Assembly (NCBI RefSeq): GCF_050920415.1
Contig: NZ_CP169309.1
Length of the DNA stretch: 64,000 nt
From: Escherichia coli
Lineage (GTDB): Bacteria; Pseudomonadota; Gammaproteobacteria; Enterobacterales; Enterobacteriaceae
Strand: one strand, 5' to 3'
Shown here: positions 41,136 to 49,632 of the stretch, in pieces
Position numbering within the stretch: the first letter of the stretch is position 1
Layout: every line of letters begins with the position of its first letter
Notes under the pieces: model-generated
The model's input: the letters and a program-made list of their open reading frames with translations, nothing else
Told to the model about the DNA's origin: nothing
Database searches by the model: none
Made by a program: the position numbers and the translations under genes

Positions 41136-41969
41136 ATGACAGTGAAAGCAAAGCGTTTTCGCATCGGGGTGGAAGGTGCCACTACCGACGGACGCGAAAT
41201 CCAGCGTGAATGGCTGGAACAGATGGCAGCCAGCTACAACCCGGCGGTGTATACCGCGCTGATTAACCTTGAGCACATTAAGTCTTATCTGCCGGACAGC
41301 ACGTTTAACCGCTACGGCAAGGTGACGGCGCTGTTTGCTGAAGAAATCGCGGAAGGTCCGCTGGCAGGCAAGATGGCACTGTATGCCGACGTTGAGCCAA
41401 CGGAGTCCCTGGTGGAACTGGTGAAAAAAGGCCAGAAATTATTCACCTCTATGGAAGTCAGCCCGAAGTTTGCTGATACGGGCAAAGCCTACCTGGTCGG
41501 CCTGGCTGCCACTGATGATCCCGCCAGTCTGGGTACGGAAATGCTGACATTCAGCGCCAGTGCAGCCCATAACCCGCTGGCAAACCGCAAGCAGAATCCT
41601 GCCAATCTTTTTACCGCTGCAGAGGAAACGGTGATCGAACTGGAAGAAATCCAGGAGGACAAGCCGTCCCTGTTTGCCCGCGTCACGGCGCTGTTTACCA
41701 AAAAAGAGCAGTCCGATGACGTCCGGTTCTCTGATGTGCATAAGGCCGTGGAACTGGTCGCCACTGAGCAGCAGAACCTGAGCACGCGCACCGAAAAATC
41801 CCTGTCTGAGCAGGAAGAACGCCTGTCTGAGCTGGAGACTGCTCTGCAGGAGCAGCAAACCGCCTTTAACGAACTGGTGGATAAGCTGAGTCATGAAGAC
41901 AGCCGCCAGGACTACCGCCAGCGTGCAACAGGCGGCAACGCCCCCGCTGACACTCTGACCAATTGCTGA
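41136..41969 (+). CDS. O: Capsid scaffolding protein (P2 gpO-like)
   Basis: 277-aa ORF MTVKAKRFRIGVEGATTDGREIQREWLEQMAASYNP... with acidic coiled-coil C-terminus; first gene of the O-N-M-L operon. Confidence 0.85.
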   Translation: MTVKAKRFRIGVEGATTDGREIQREWLEQMAASYNPAVYTALINLEHIKSYLPDSTFNRYGKVTALFAEEIAEGPLAGKMALYADVEPTESLVELVKKGQKLFTSMEVSPKFADTGKAYLVGLAATDDPASLGTEMLTFSASAAHNPLANRKQNPANLFTAAEETVIELEEIQEDKPSLFARVTALFTKKEQSDDVRFSDVHKAVELVATEQQNLSTRTEKSLSEQEERLSELETALQEQQTAFNELVDKLSHEDSRQDYRQRATGGNAPADTLTNC

Positions 41970-41985
41970 TGGAGCATAAAACCCA

Positions 41986-43044
41986 ATGAAGAAGAATACC
42001 CGTTTTGCTTTTAACGCTTACCTGCAGCAACTGGCGCGTCTGAACGGTGTGGCAGTTGAGGAACTGTCCAGCAAGTTCACCGTAGAGCCGTCTGTGCAGC
42101 AGACGCTGGAAGACCAGATCCAGCAGTCCGCCGCTTTCCTGACGCTGATTAACGTCACGCCAGTGACTGAGCAGTCCGGTCAGCTGCTTGGATTGGGTGT
42201 TGGCAGCACCATTGCCGGAACCACTGACACCACCGCGAAAGAGCGTGAACCTGTCGATCCGACGCTGATGATCGATGTGGAATACAAATGCGAACAGACC
42301 AACTTTGACACGGTGCTGACCTACGCGAAGCTGGACCTGTGGGCGAAGTTTCAGGATTTCCAGGTGCGTATCCGTGACGCCATCGTGAAACGCCAGGCAC
42401 TGGACCGCATCATGATCGGCTTTAACGGCGTGAAGCGTGCGAAAACCTCCAACCGTAGCGAAAACCCGCTGCTGCAGGATGTGAACAAAGGCTGGCTGCA
42501 GAAAATCCGTGAGGATGCACCGGATCACGTCATGGGCAGCACCACCACGGGCGGTGAAACCACACCGGGTGCGGTGAAAGTCGGGAAAGGTGGCGAATAT
42601 GCCAACCTGGACGCCGTGGTGATGGATGCGGTCAATGAGCTTATCGACGTGGTCTACCAGGACGATGACGATCTGGTGGTGATTTGCGGTCGTGAGCTGC
42701 TGTCTGACAAGTATTTCCCGCTGGTCAACAAAGAGCAGGAAAACAGTGAAAAACTGGCTGCCGATATGATCATCAGTCAGAAACGCATGGGTGGCCTGCA
42801 GGCCGTGCGTGCGCCGTTCTTCCCGCCGAATGCGCTGCTGATCACCCGTCTGGATAACCTGTCCATTTACTGGCAGGAAGACACCCGCCGCCGTTCGGTT
42901 ATCGACAACCCGAAACGTGACCGGATTGAAAATTTTGAATCCGTTAACGAAGCCTATGTGGTTGAGGACTACCGCTGCGCCGCACTGGTGGAAAACATCC
43001 AGATTGGCGACTTCAGCGCCGCCGCAGCAGAAACCGGAGCGTAA
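41986..43044 (+). CDS. N: Major capsid protein (P2 gpN-like)
   Basis: 352-aa ORF following scaffold gene. Confidence 0.9.
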   Translation: MKKNTRFAFNAYLQQLARLNGVAVEELSSKFTVEPSVQQTLEDQIQQSAAFLTLINVTPVTEQSGQLLGLGVGSTIAGTTDTTAKEREPVDPTLMIDVEYKCEQTNFDTVLTYAKLDLWAKFQDFQVRIRDAIVKRQALDRIMIGFNGVKRAKTSNRSENPLLQDVNKGWLQKIREDAPDHVMGSTTTGGETTPGAVKVGKGGEYANLDAVVMDAVNELIDVVYQDDDDLVVICGRELLSDKYFPLVNKEQENSEKLAADMIISQKRMGGLQAVRAPFFPPNALLITRLDNLSIYWQEDTRRRSVIDNPKRDRIENFESVNEAYVVEDYRCAALVENIQIGDFSAAAAETGA

Positions 43045-43047
43045 ACC

Positions 43048-43698
43048 ATGAGCCTGAGTCCCGCACGGCAGCATCGCCTGCGCGTTCAGGCTGAACAGGC
43101 CGCCCGCGAGGGCGGCAGCGTTCGCCACGCGTCGGGCTATGACCTGATGCTGCTGCAACTGGCAGAAGACCGCCGCCGTCTCAAGGGCGTTCAGTCCACG
43201 GTCAAAAAAGCGGAAATCAAGGTGGAGCTGCTGCCGAAATACGCCGCCTGGGCGGAGGGTGTCCTGGCTGCCGGAGGCGCTCAACAGGATGACGTGCTGA
43301 TGTACGTGATGCTGTGGCGCATTGATGCCGAAGATTATGTCGGAGCGCTGGAGATCGGGCGTCATGCCCTGCGTCATGGCTGGGTGATGCCGCTGGGTAA
43401 CCGCAACGTGCAGACCGTGCTGGCAGAGGAAATGGCAGACGCAGCGCAGAGCGCAATGCTTGCCACTACCGGCTTTGATGTCGATCTGCTGCTGCAGACG
43501 CTGGAGCTGACAGACGGTCTGGATATGCCGGACCAGTCACGGGCGCGTCTGCATAAAGCGATTGGCGCTGTCCTGAGTGAAAGTAATCCGGCTTCCGCCC
43601 TTAATCATCTCAACCATGCGTTACAGCTCGATCCCCGCTGTGGCGTGAAAAAAGACAAACAGCAGCTGGAGCGCAGACTGCGCAATGACAGCCGCTGA
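43048..43698 (+). CDS. M: Terminase small/endonuclease subunit (P2 gpM-like)
   Basis: 216-aa ORF after major capsid gene. Confidence 0.8.
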   Translation: MSLSPARQHRLRVQAEQAAREGGSVRHASGYDLMLLQLAEDRRRLKGVQSTVKKAEIKVELLPKYAAWAEGVLAAGGAQQDDVLMYVMLWRIDAEDYVGALEIGRHALRHGWVMPLGNRNVQTVLAEEMADAAQSAMLATTGFDVDLLLQTLELTDGLDMPDQSRARLHKAIGAVLSESNPASALNHLNHALQLDPRCGVKKDKQQLERRLRNDSR

Positions 43699-43793
43699 CA
43701 GAACGTGCCCCCGCGCACGGGCGGCACGGGGTGGCGAAAGGCACTGCCACATCAAAACCCCGTCCACCGCCCTTTATTTCAGGAGAAAGCAGC

Positions 43794-44258
43794 ATGAAGT
43801 TTGTTGCGCCAGAACAGGCACCGGAACAGGCGGAAATCATCAGAAATACGCCGTTCTGGCCTGATGTGGACCTGTCGGAGTTTCGCAGTGTCATGCGCAC
43901 TGACGGCACGGTGACGCAGCCGCGTTTAAAGCAGGTTGCGCTGTCGGCAATTTCGGAGGTCAACGCAGAGCTGTATGAGTTTCGCAGACGCCAGCAGATG
44001 CTGGGGTATGCCTCGCTGGCAGAAGTCCCGGCGGAACAACTGGACGGCAAAAGCGAGCGCATTCAGCACTATTTCAACGCGGTTTACTGCTGGGCACGCG
44101 CCATGCTCAACGAACGTTACCAGGACTATGACGCCACGGCATCCGGTGCGAAGCGAGGCGAGGAACTGGCGGAAGCAAGCGGTGATTTATGGCGTGACGC
44201 CCGCTGGGCCATCAGCCGGGTGCAGGATGCGCCGCACTGCACAGTGGAGCTTATCTGA
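43794..44258 (+). CDS. L: Head completion/stabilisation protein (P2 gpL-like)
   Basis: Start at MKFVAPEQAPEQAEIIRNTPFWPDVDL... with AGGAGA RBS (ORF-track Met at 43731 rejected). Confidence 0.8.
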   Translation: MKFVAPEQAPEQAEIIRNTPFWPDVDLSEFRSVMRTDGTVTQPRLKQVALSAISEVNAELYEFRRRQQMLGYASLAEVPAEQLDGKSERIQHYFNAVYCWARAMLNERYQDYDATASGAKRGEELAEASGDLWRDARWAISRVQDAPHCTVELI

Positions 44259-44461
44259 TGAAAGTGCGTGCGCATCAGTATGACACGGTGGACGCACTTT
44301 GCTGGCGTCATTACGGGCGCACGCAGGGTGTCACGGAGCAGGTACTGAAGGCAAATCCGGGGCTTGCCGAATACGGCCCCTTTTTACCTCACGGGCTGCA
44401 GGTGGAGCTGCCGGACATTCCGACAACCACCACCGTGCAGACCGTCCAGCTATGGGACTGA
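44258..44461 (+). CDS. X: Tail protein X (P2 gpX-like, LysM-like)
   Basis: 67-aa ORF MKVRAHQYDTVDALCWRHYGRTQGVTEQVLKANPGLAEYGPFLPHGLQVELPDI... Confidence 0.8.
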   Translation: MKVRAHQYDTVDALCWRHYGRTQGVTEQVLKANPGLAEYGPFLPHGLQVELPDIPTTTTVQTVQLWD

Positions 44462-44464
44462 ATT

Positions 44465-44680
44465 ATGACGCTTGAGCGAATCAGCGCCTTTATCACGTAT
44501 TGCATCGCCGTCGTGCTGGCCTGGCTGGGCGATTTGTCCATCAAGGATGCCTCAACGCTGGGCGGCCTGATGATTGGTGTGCTGATGCTGGCTATCAACT
44601 GGTACTACAAACACAAAGCCTACCAGCTTCTGCGCGACGGGCAGATTTCGCGGGAGGACTATGAATCCATCAATCGTTAA
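44465..44680 (+). CDS. Class II holin / pinholin-like protein (2 TMD)
   Basis: 71-aa ORF with two hydrophobic segments and charged C-terminus, immediately upstream of lysozyme. Confidence 0.6.
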   Translation: MTLERISAFITYCIAVVLAWLGDLSIKDASTLGGLMIGVLMLAINWYYKHKAYQLLRDGQISREDYESINR

Positions 44681-45176
44681 ACGCTGCCTTGTCGGAGCCG
44701 TGCTGGCTATTGCTGCCACGCTGCCGGGGTTTCAGCAGCTTCACACCTCCGTGGAGGGGCTGAAACTGATTGCCGATTACGAAGGTTGTCGTCTGCAGCC
44801 GTATCAGTGCAGCGCGGGTGTCTGGACCGACGGCATTGGAAATACGTCGGGCGTCATTCCCGGCAAAACAATCACGGAACGACAGGCAGCAGAAGGGCTT
44901 ATTTCCAACGTGCTGCGTGTGGAGCGGGCGCTGGAAAGGTGTGTGAAGCAACAGCCGCCGCAGAAGGTATATGACGCTACGGTGTCGTTTGCCTTCAACG
45001 TGGGAACGGGCAATGCCTGCAGTTCTACGCTGGTGAAATTGCTCAATCAGCGGCGCTGGGCAGAAGCGTGCCGACAGTTGCCGCGCTGGGTTTATGTGAA
45101 AGGTGTGTTTAATCAGGGGCTGGATAACCGCCGTGCGCGGGAGATGGCCTGGTGCCTTAAAGGAGCTGGATTATGA
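44661..45176 (+). CDS. Endolysin (lysozyme) with N-terminal SAR/signal-anchor-like segment
   Basis: 171-aa ORF MNPSIVKRCLVGAVLAIAATLP... followed by catalytic EGxxLxxYxD-like motif (VEGLKLIADYEGCRLQPYQ), T4 lysozyme-type. Confidence 0.8.
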   Translation: MNPSIVKRCLVGAVLAIAATLPGFQQLHTSVEGLKLIADYEGCRLQPYQCSAGVWTDGIGNTSGVIPGKTITERQAAEGLISNVLRVERALERCVKQQPPQKVYDATVSFAFNVGTGNACSSTLVKLLNQRRWAEACRQLPRWVYVKGVFNQGLDNRRAREMAWCLKGAGL

Positions 45177-45601
45177 CGCGTGCGCTGGCGGTAGTGGCGG
45201 CGCTGGCACTCGTTGCGCTGGGCTGGCAGTCGTGGCGGCTTAACAGCGCCAGCCACACCATCGAAACGCAGCGCGCGGCGCTGAAAAGTAAAGCGCACGA
45301 ACTAACGAAGAAAAATAGCCAGCTGATCAGTCTGTCCATTCTGGCTGAAACCAATAACAGGGAGCAGGCGCGGCTCTATGCCGAAGCAGAACAGACCAGC
45401 GCGCTGCTGAGACAACGACAACACCGGATCGAGGAACTGAAACGTGAGAACGAGGATTTACGCCGCTGGGCTGATACTCCTTTGCCTGCTGACATTATCC
45501 GGCTGCGGGAACGTCCGGCACTCACCGGAGGTGCAGCTTACCGTCAGTGGTTGTCCGCGAGTGACGCCGTGTCGGCTGGAGCAGGCAGCGCCGCGCACTA
45601 A
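45173..45601 (+). CDS. lysB: Spanin inner-membrane subunit (LysB/Rz-like)
   Basis: 142-aa ORF with N-terminal TMD and coiled-coil. Confidence 0.7.
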   Translation: MTRALAVVAALALVALGWQSWRLNSASHTIETQRAALKSKAHELTKKNSQLISLSILAETNNREQARLYAEAEQTSALLRQRQHRIEELKRENEDLRRWADTPLPADIIRLRERPALTGGAAYRQWLSASDAVSAGAGSAAH

Positions 45602-45734
45602 CGGTGATCTGAACGCATTGCTGGATGAAACGGAGGCCGCCTGGGCGGTCTGTGCAGACAAAGTGGACATGATTATTGCGTGTCAGGAGCGAAACAGTGA
45701 ACAAACCACAATCCCTGCGCCACGCCCTCAATAA
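45444..45734 (+). CDS. lysC: Spanin outer-membrane lipoprotein subunit (LysC/Rz1-like), overlapping lysB in another frame
   Basis: 96-aa ORF MRTRIYAAGLILLCLLTLSGCG... with lipobox LSGC and Pro-rich body. Confidence 0.6.
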   Translation: MRTRIYAAGLILLCLLTLSGCGNVRHSPEVQLTVSGCPRVTPCRLEQAAPRTNGDLNALLDETEAAWAVCADKVDMIIACQERNSEQTTIPAPRPQ

Positions 45735-46128
45735 AGCAGTGCCTTATGTCCGCAATAACCCGGATAAGCTGCATCTGTTTGTGGATAACGGTTCGCTGGT
45801 TGCCACGGGGGCCAGCTCCATGTCATGGGAGTACCGTTATACCCTCAACGTGGTGATTGAGGATTTCAGCGGCGACCAGAATCTGCTGATGGCCCCGGTT
45901 TTGCTGTGGCTGCGTGATAACCAGCCCGATGCCATCAATAATCCGGCGTTACGGGAAAAGTTATTCACCTTTGAGGTGGATATTCTGCGCAACGATGTCT
46001 GTGATATCAGCCTCAACCTGCAACTGACGGAACGTGTGCTGGTCAGCACTGACGGAAGTGTGTCGAGCGTTGAAGCAGTAGCGGAACCCGATGAACCTGA
46101 AGAAATGTGGACGGTGAAACGTGGCTGA
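45697..46128 (+). CDS. R: Tail completion protein (P2 gpR-like)
   Basis: GTG start at 45697 preceded by AGGAG; (M)NKPQSLRHALNKAVPYVRNNPDKLHLFVDNG... fits gpR. Confidence 0.7.
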   Translation: MNKPQSLRHALNKAVPYVRNNPDKLHLFVDNGSLVATGASSMSWEYRYTLNVVIEDFSGDQNLLMAPVLLWLRDNQPDAINNPALREKLFTFEVDILRNDVCDISLNLQLTERVLVSTDGSVSSVEAVAEPDEPEEMWTVKRG

Positions 46129-46573
46129 ACTGCAGAAGGTGGACGACTGGCTGAGTGCTTTGCTGGCGAATCTGGAACCAGCCGCAAGAAGCCGAATGAT
46201 GCGCCAGCTGGCGCAGGAACTGCGCCGGACACAGCAGCAGAATATCAGGATGCAGCGCAATCCAGATGGCAGCAGTTATGAGCCGCGCAGGGTAACAGCA
46301 CGCAGCAAGAAGGGGCGCATCAAACGTCAGATGTTTGCAAAGCTGCGCACCACAAAATACCTGAGAACTGCCGCCAGCGCGGATTCTGCCAGCGTACAGT
46401 TTGAAGGTAAGGTACAGCGTATTGCCCGTGTTCATCACTACGGTCTGCGCGATCGCGTCAGTCCAAAGGGGGGAGTCATTAAGTATCCATCCCGAAAATT
46501 GCTGGGTTTAAATGAACATACTGAAAATGAAGTAAGAGATTTACTTTTAAAGTATTTATTGATGAAAAATTAG
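46121..46573 (+). CDS. S: Tail completion protein (P2 gpS-like)
   Basis: 150-aa ORF overlapping R by 8 nt. Confidence 0.8.
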   Translation: MAELQKVDDWLSALLANLEPAARSRMMRQLAQELRRTQQQNIRMQRNPDGSSYEPRRVTARSKKGRIKRQMFAKLRTTKYLRTAASADSASVQFEGKVQRIARVHHYGLRDRVSPKGGVIKYPSRKLLGLNEHTENEVRDLLLKYLLMKN

Positions 46574-46578
46574 AATGT

Positions 46579-47109
46579 TTACGCTCTTAATAAACTTAAA
46601 TAACTTTTTATGCTTTGGCAAAAAGGGAAAAGGTCTATTTTAATTTTCCAGTTTTTTTTGTTTTGAACCCCAGAAGCAATAATAGAACCGTCCCAATATT
46701 TTATTCCATTTTTGCCGGTCTTTTTTGTTAACTCAAAACTTAATGCGTGAATAATTTTATTGCAGCATTCGCGTATAGAATCTTTAACATGACCATCTAT
46801 AACAAAAAGTATATTTTCATGTTCTTCAAATGCTTCTTTCTCAGGTGAGTAATCTGGGTTCCACTCATGTTCACTAGTGTCTTGGAGAATTCGTAGTTTT
46901 GTACAAAGGCTAATAAGATTGTTGCTAATGGTATATTCCAACCATCCGTTGTACGATAACTCCTCCATTTCAAATTCAGTTACTATAGAACCATCATATA
47001 CTTTCTGTGTGGAATATATACGCTGTAAATAAAATTCAGATGAACAGCATAATTGCTCAATTATTCTTGCGTGTTCTTCTATAGCGTAATAATCAATTGG
47101 ATGGCTCAT
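46579..47109 (-). CDS. Hypothetical protein, AT-rich cargo gene in the P2 orf30 position (between S and V, opposite strand)
   Basis: 176 aa from Met preceded by AAAGGT RBS (ORF-track start at 47148 would overlap gene V); strongly AT-biased. Confidence 0.55.
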   Translation of the reverse strand: MSHPIDYYAIEEHARIIEQLCCSSEFYLQRIYSTQKVYDGSIVTEFEMEELSYNGWLEYTISNNLISLCTKLRILQDTSEHEWNPDYSPEKEAFEEHENILFVIDGHVKDSIRECCNKIIHALSFELTKKTGKNGIKYWDGSIIASGVQNKKNWKIKIDLFPFCQSIKSYLSLLRA

Positions 47110-47204
47110 TCTTTTACCTTTCTTTGATTGGAATTGTATTTGTGTCATTTACCACACAAGGACGTATTGATGCCATAGATTCAAGGTCCGTGCAACCTAA
47201 CCCT

Positions 47205-47783
47205 ATGAACGCACAACTAACCGAAATCATGCGCCTTATCACCAACCTGATCCGCACTGGTGTAGTCACCGAAGTGGACCGGGAAAACTGGCTTTGCCGG
47301 GTTAAAACGGGCGAGCTTGAAACCAACTGGATCAGCTGGCTGACGCTGCGTGCCGGGAATGCCCGCACATGGTGGCGACCATCGGAAGGTGAGCAGGTGG
47401 TGCTGCTGAGTCTGGGCGGCAATCTGGAAACTGCCTTTGCGCTGCCCGCTGTCTATTCGAATCAGTTCGCACCACCGTCGACGTCGGCAGACGCCTGCGT
47501 GACAGAACATCCTGACGGCGGCTGGTTTGAATACGAACCCACTACCGGGCGCTGGTATGTCAGGGGCATCAAATCAATGGTCATTGAGGCCGCTGACAAC
47601 ATCACCATGAAAACCAGTGAGTTTGTACTGGAGGCTGACCGCACGCGCATTAACAGCGAAGTGGTGATCAATGGTGGCGTTACCCAGGGCGGCGGAGCGA
47701 TGAGTTCTAACGGGATCGTGGTTGATGCGCATCAGCATACTGACGTCCTGAAAGGCGGCGACACAACCGGAGGCCCGGTATGA
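47205..47783 (+). CDS. V: Baseplate spike protein (P2 gpV-like)
   Basis: Start at MNAQLTEIMRLITNLIRTGVVTEVDRENWLCRVKTGELETNWISWLTLRAGNARTWW... matches the gpV N-terminal pattern. Confidence 0.85.
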   Translation: MNAQLTEIMRLITNLIRTGVVTEVDRENWLCRVKTGELETNWISWLTLRAGNARTWWRPSEGEQVVLLSLGGNLETAFALPAVYSNQFAPPSTSADACVTEHPDGGWFEYEPTTGRWYVRGIKSMVIEAADNITMKTSEFVLEADRTRINSEVVINGGVTQGGGAMSSNGIVVDAHQHTDVLKGGDTTGGPV

Positions 47784-48139
47784 CGCTTTATAGCGGGATG
47801 AACAATACCAGCGGTAAAGCCATTACTGATATTGATCATCTGCGCCAGTCGGTGCGGGACATTTTGCTGACGCCGCAGGGTAGCCGCATTGCCCGTCGGG
47901 AATATGGTTCCCTGCTGTCGGCACTGATAGACCAGCCACAAAATCCGGCATTACGCCTGCAGGTCATGTCGGCAGTGTATGTGGCGCTGAGTCGCTGGGA
48001 GCCACGGCTGACGCTGGATTCCATCACCATTAACAGCAATTTTGACGGTTCAATGGTGGTGGAGCTGACCGGGCGGCGTAATAACGGTGTGCCTGTTTCC
48101 CTTTCCGTATCAACAGGAGCAGAGAATGGCAGTGATTGA
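47780..48139 (+). CDS. W: Baseplate protein (P2 gpW-like)
   Basis: 119-aa ORF overlapping V by 4 nt. Confidence 0.85.
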   Translation: MTLYSGMNNTSGKAITDIDHLRQSVRDILLTPQGSRIARREYGSLLSALIDQPQNPALRLQVMSAVYVALSRWEPRLTLDSITINSNFDGSMVVELTGRRNNGVPVSLSVSTGAENGSD

Positions 48140-49034
48140 CCTTTCGCAGTTGCCTGCGCCGCAGATTGTGGATGTGCCGGACTTTGAGACGCTGCTTGCC
48201 GAACGCAAGGCAGAATTTGTGGCGCTTCATCCGAAAGATGAGCAGGAAGCAGTGATCCGCACGCTGGAACTGGAATCTGAACCCGTCACCAAATTGTTGC
48301 AGGAGAATGCTTACCGTGAGTTGCTTCTGCGCCAGCGCATTAACGAAGCCGCGCAGGCGGTGATGGTGGCTTATGCCATAGGGGGCGATCTGGACCAGCT
48401 CGCCGCCAACTACAACGTGAAACGCCTGACGGTGACGCCTGCTGATAATGACGCTGTGCCGCCCGTTGCAGCTGTGATGGAAAGCGATGAAGCGTTACGC
48501 CTGCGTGTGCCTGCAGCCTTTGAAGGGCTTTCAGTTGCGGGGCCAACTGCAGCTTATGAATTTCATGCCCGAAGCGCCGACGGTCGGGTGGCGGATGCCA
48601 GTGCAACCAGCCCAGCACCTGCAGAGGTGGTGCTGACTGTCCTTAGCCGCGAAGGCGATGGAACTGCAGAAAAAGACCTGCTGGACGTGGTGAAAAAAGC
48701 TCTGAACAGTGAGAACGTCCGCCCGGTGGCTGACCGTCTTACGGTTCGCAGCGCAGAAATCATCCCGTATCGCGTGGAAGCCACCATTTTTCTCTATCCG
48801 GGACCGGAAGCAGAGCCGGTAATGGCAGCGGCAAAAGCCAGTCTGCAGAAGTACATTGCCAGCCAGACGAGGCTTGGTCGGGATATTCGCCGTAGCGCCA
48901 TCTTTGCTGCTCTGCATGTTGAGGGTGTTCAACGTGTGGAACTGGCTTCTCCGCTGGCGGATGTGGTCCTGAACAAAACACAGGCGGCATCATGTACGCA
49001 GTGGAGCGTAACCAACGGAGGAACGGATGAATAG
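48126..49034 (+). CDS. J: Baseplate protein (P2 gpJ-like)
   Basis: Start at MAVIDLSQLPAPQIVDVPDFETLLAERKAEFVALHPKDEQ... (302 aa). Confidence 0.9.
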   Translation: MAVIDLSQLPAPQIVDVPDFETLLAERKAEFVALHPKDEQEAVIRTLELESEPVTKLLQENAYRELLLRQRINEAAQAVMVAYAIGGDLDQLAANYNVKRLTVTPADNDAVPPVAAVMESDEALRLRVPAAFEGLSVAGPTAAYEFHARSADGRVADASATSPAPAEVVLTVLSREGDGTAEKDLLDVVKKALNSENVRPVADRLTVRSAEIIPYRVEATIFLYPGPEAEPVMAAAKASLQKYIASQTRLGRDIRRSAIFAALHVEGVQRVELASPLADVVLNKTQAASCTQWSVTNGGTDE

Positions 49035-49632
49035 TCTGCTGCCACCGGGTTCAACTTCACTGGAGCGCCGACTGGCGCAAACCTGTAGCGGGATTTCTGA
49101 TCTGCAGGTGCCGCTGCGTGACTTGTGGAATCCGGCTACCTGTCCGGTCAGCTTCCTGCCTTATCTCGCCTGGGCGTTCTCTGTGGATCGCTGGGACGAG
49201 GGCTGGACAGAAAGCGTCAAACGCCAGGTAGTGAAGGATGCTTTTTATATTCATCAGCATAAAGGAACTACCAGTGCCGTGCGGCGGGTGGTGGAACCGT
49301 TCGGATTCCTGATCCGCATTATTGAGTGGTGGCAGACCGGAGAAACACCGGGCACGTTTCGCCTGGATATCGGCGTGCAGGACCAGGGCATCACTGAAGA
49401 TACCTATCTGGAACTTGAGCGGCTGATAAGCGATGCCAAACCATGTAGCCGTCACATGATCGGCATGTCCATCAATCTGCAGACCAGCGGTCCGCATTGG
49501 GTGGGGGCCGCCAGCTATCTTGGCGAAGAAATCACGATCTATCCGTATATCAACGAAACAATTATTTCCGGCGGCACCGCGCATGAAGGCGGGGCGGTCC
49601 ATGTTATTGACACAATGAGAGTGAATCCATGA
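49027..49632 (+). CDS. I: Tail/baseplate protein (P2 gpI-like)
   Basis: 201-aa ORF ...LWNPATCPVSFLPYLAWAFSVDRWDEGW... matches the gpI signature. Confidence 0.85.
   Translation: MNSLLPPGSTSLERRLAQTCSGISDLQVPLRDLWNPATCPVSFLPYLAWAFSVDRWDEGWTESVKRQVVKDAFYIHQHKGTTSAVRRVVEPFGFLIRIIEWWQTGETPGTFRLDIGVQDQGITEDTYLELERLISDAKPCSRHMIGMSINLQTSGPHWVGAASYLGEEITIYPYINETIISGGTAHEGGAVHVIDTMRVNP

Noticed and set aside
41866-43377. 503-aa minus-strand ORF spanning scaffold/capsid genes
   Set aside because: Antisense to the well-supported O-N-M capsid operon; Gly/Arg/His-rich low-complexity translation typical of a shadow ORF in GC-rich phage DNA.
43731-47148. Extended N-termini proposed by the ORF track for gpL (43731) and the S-V cargo gene (47148); same issue for gabP, csiD, csiR, V, J and kbp
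   Set aside because: Upstream in-frame Met codons lack ribosome-binding sites and would overlap neighbouring genes; internal starts match known protein N-termini.
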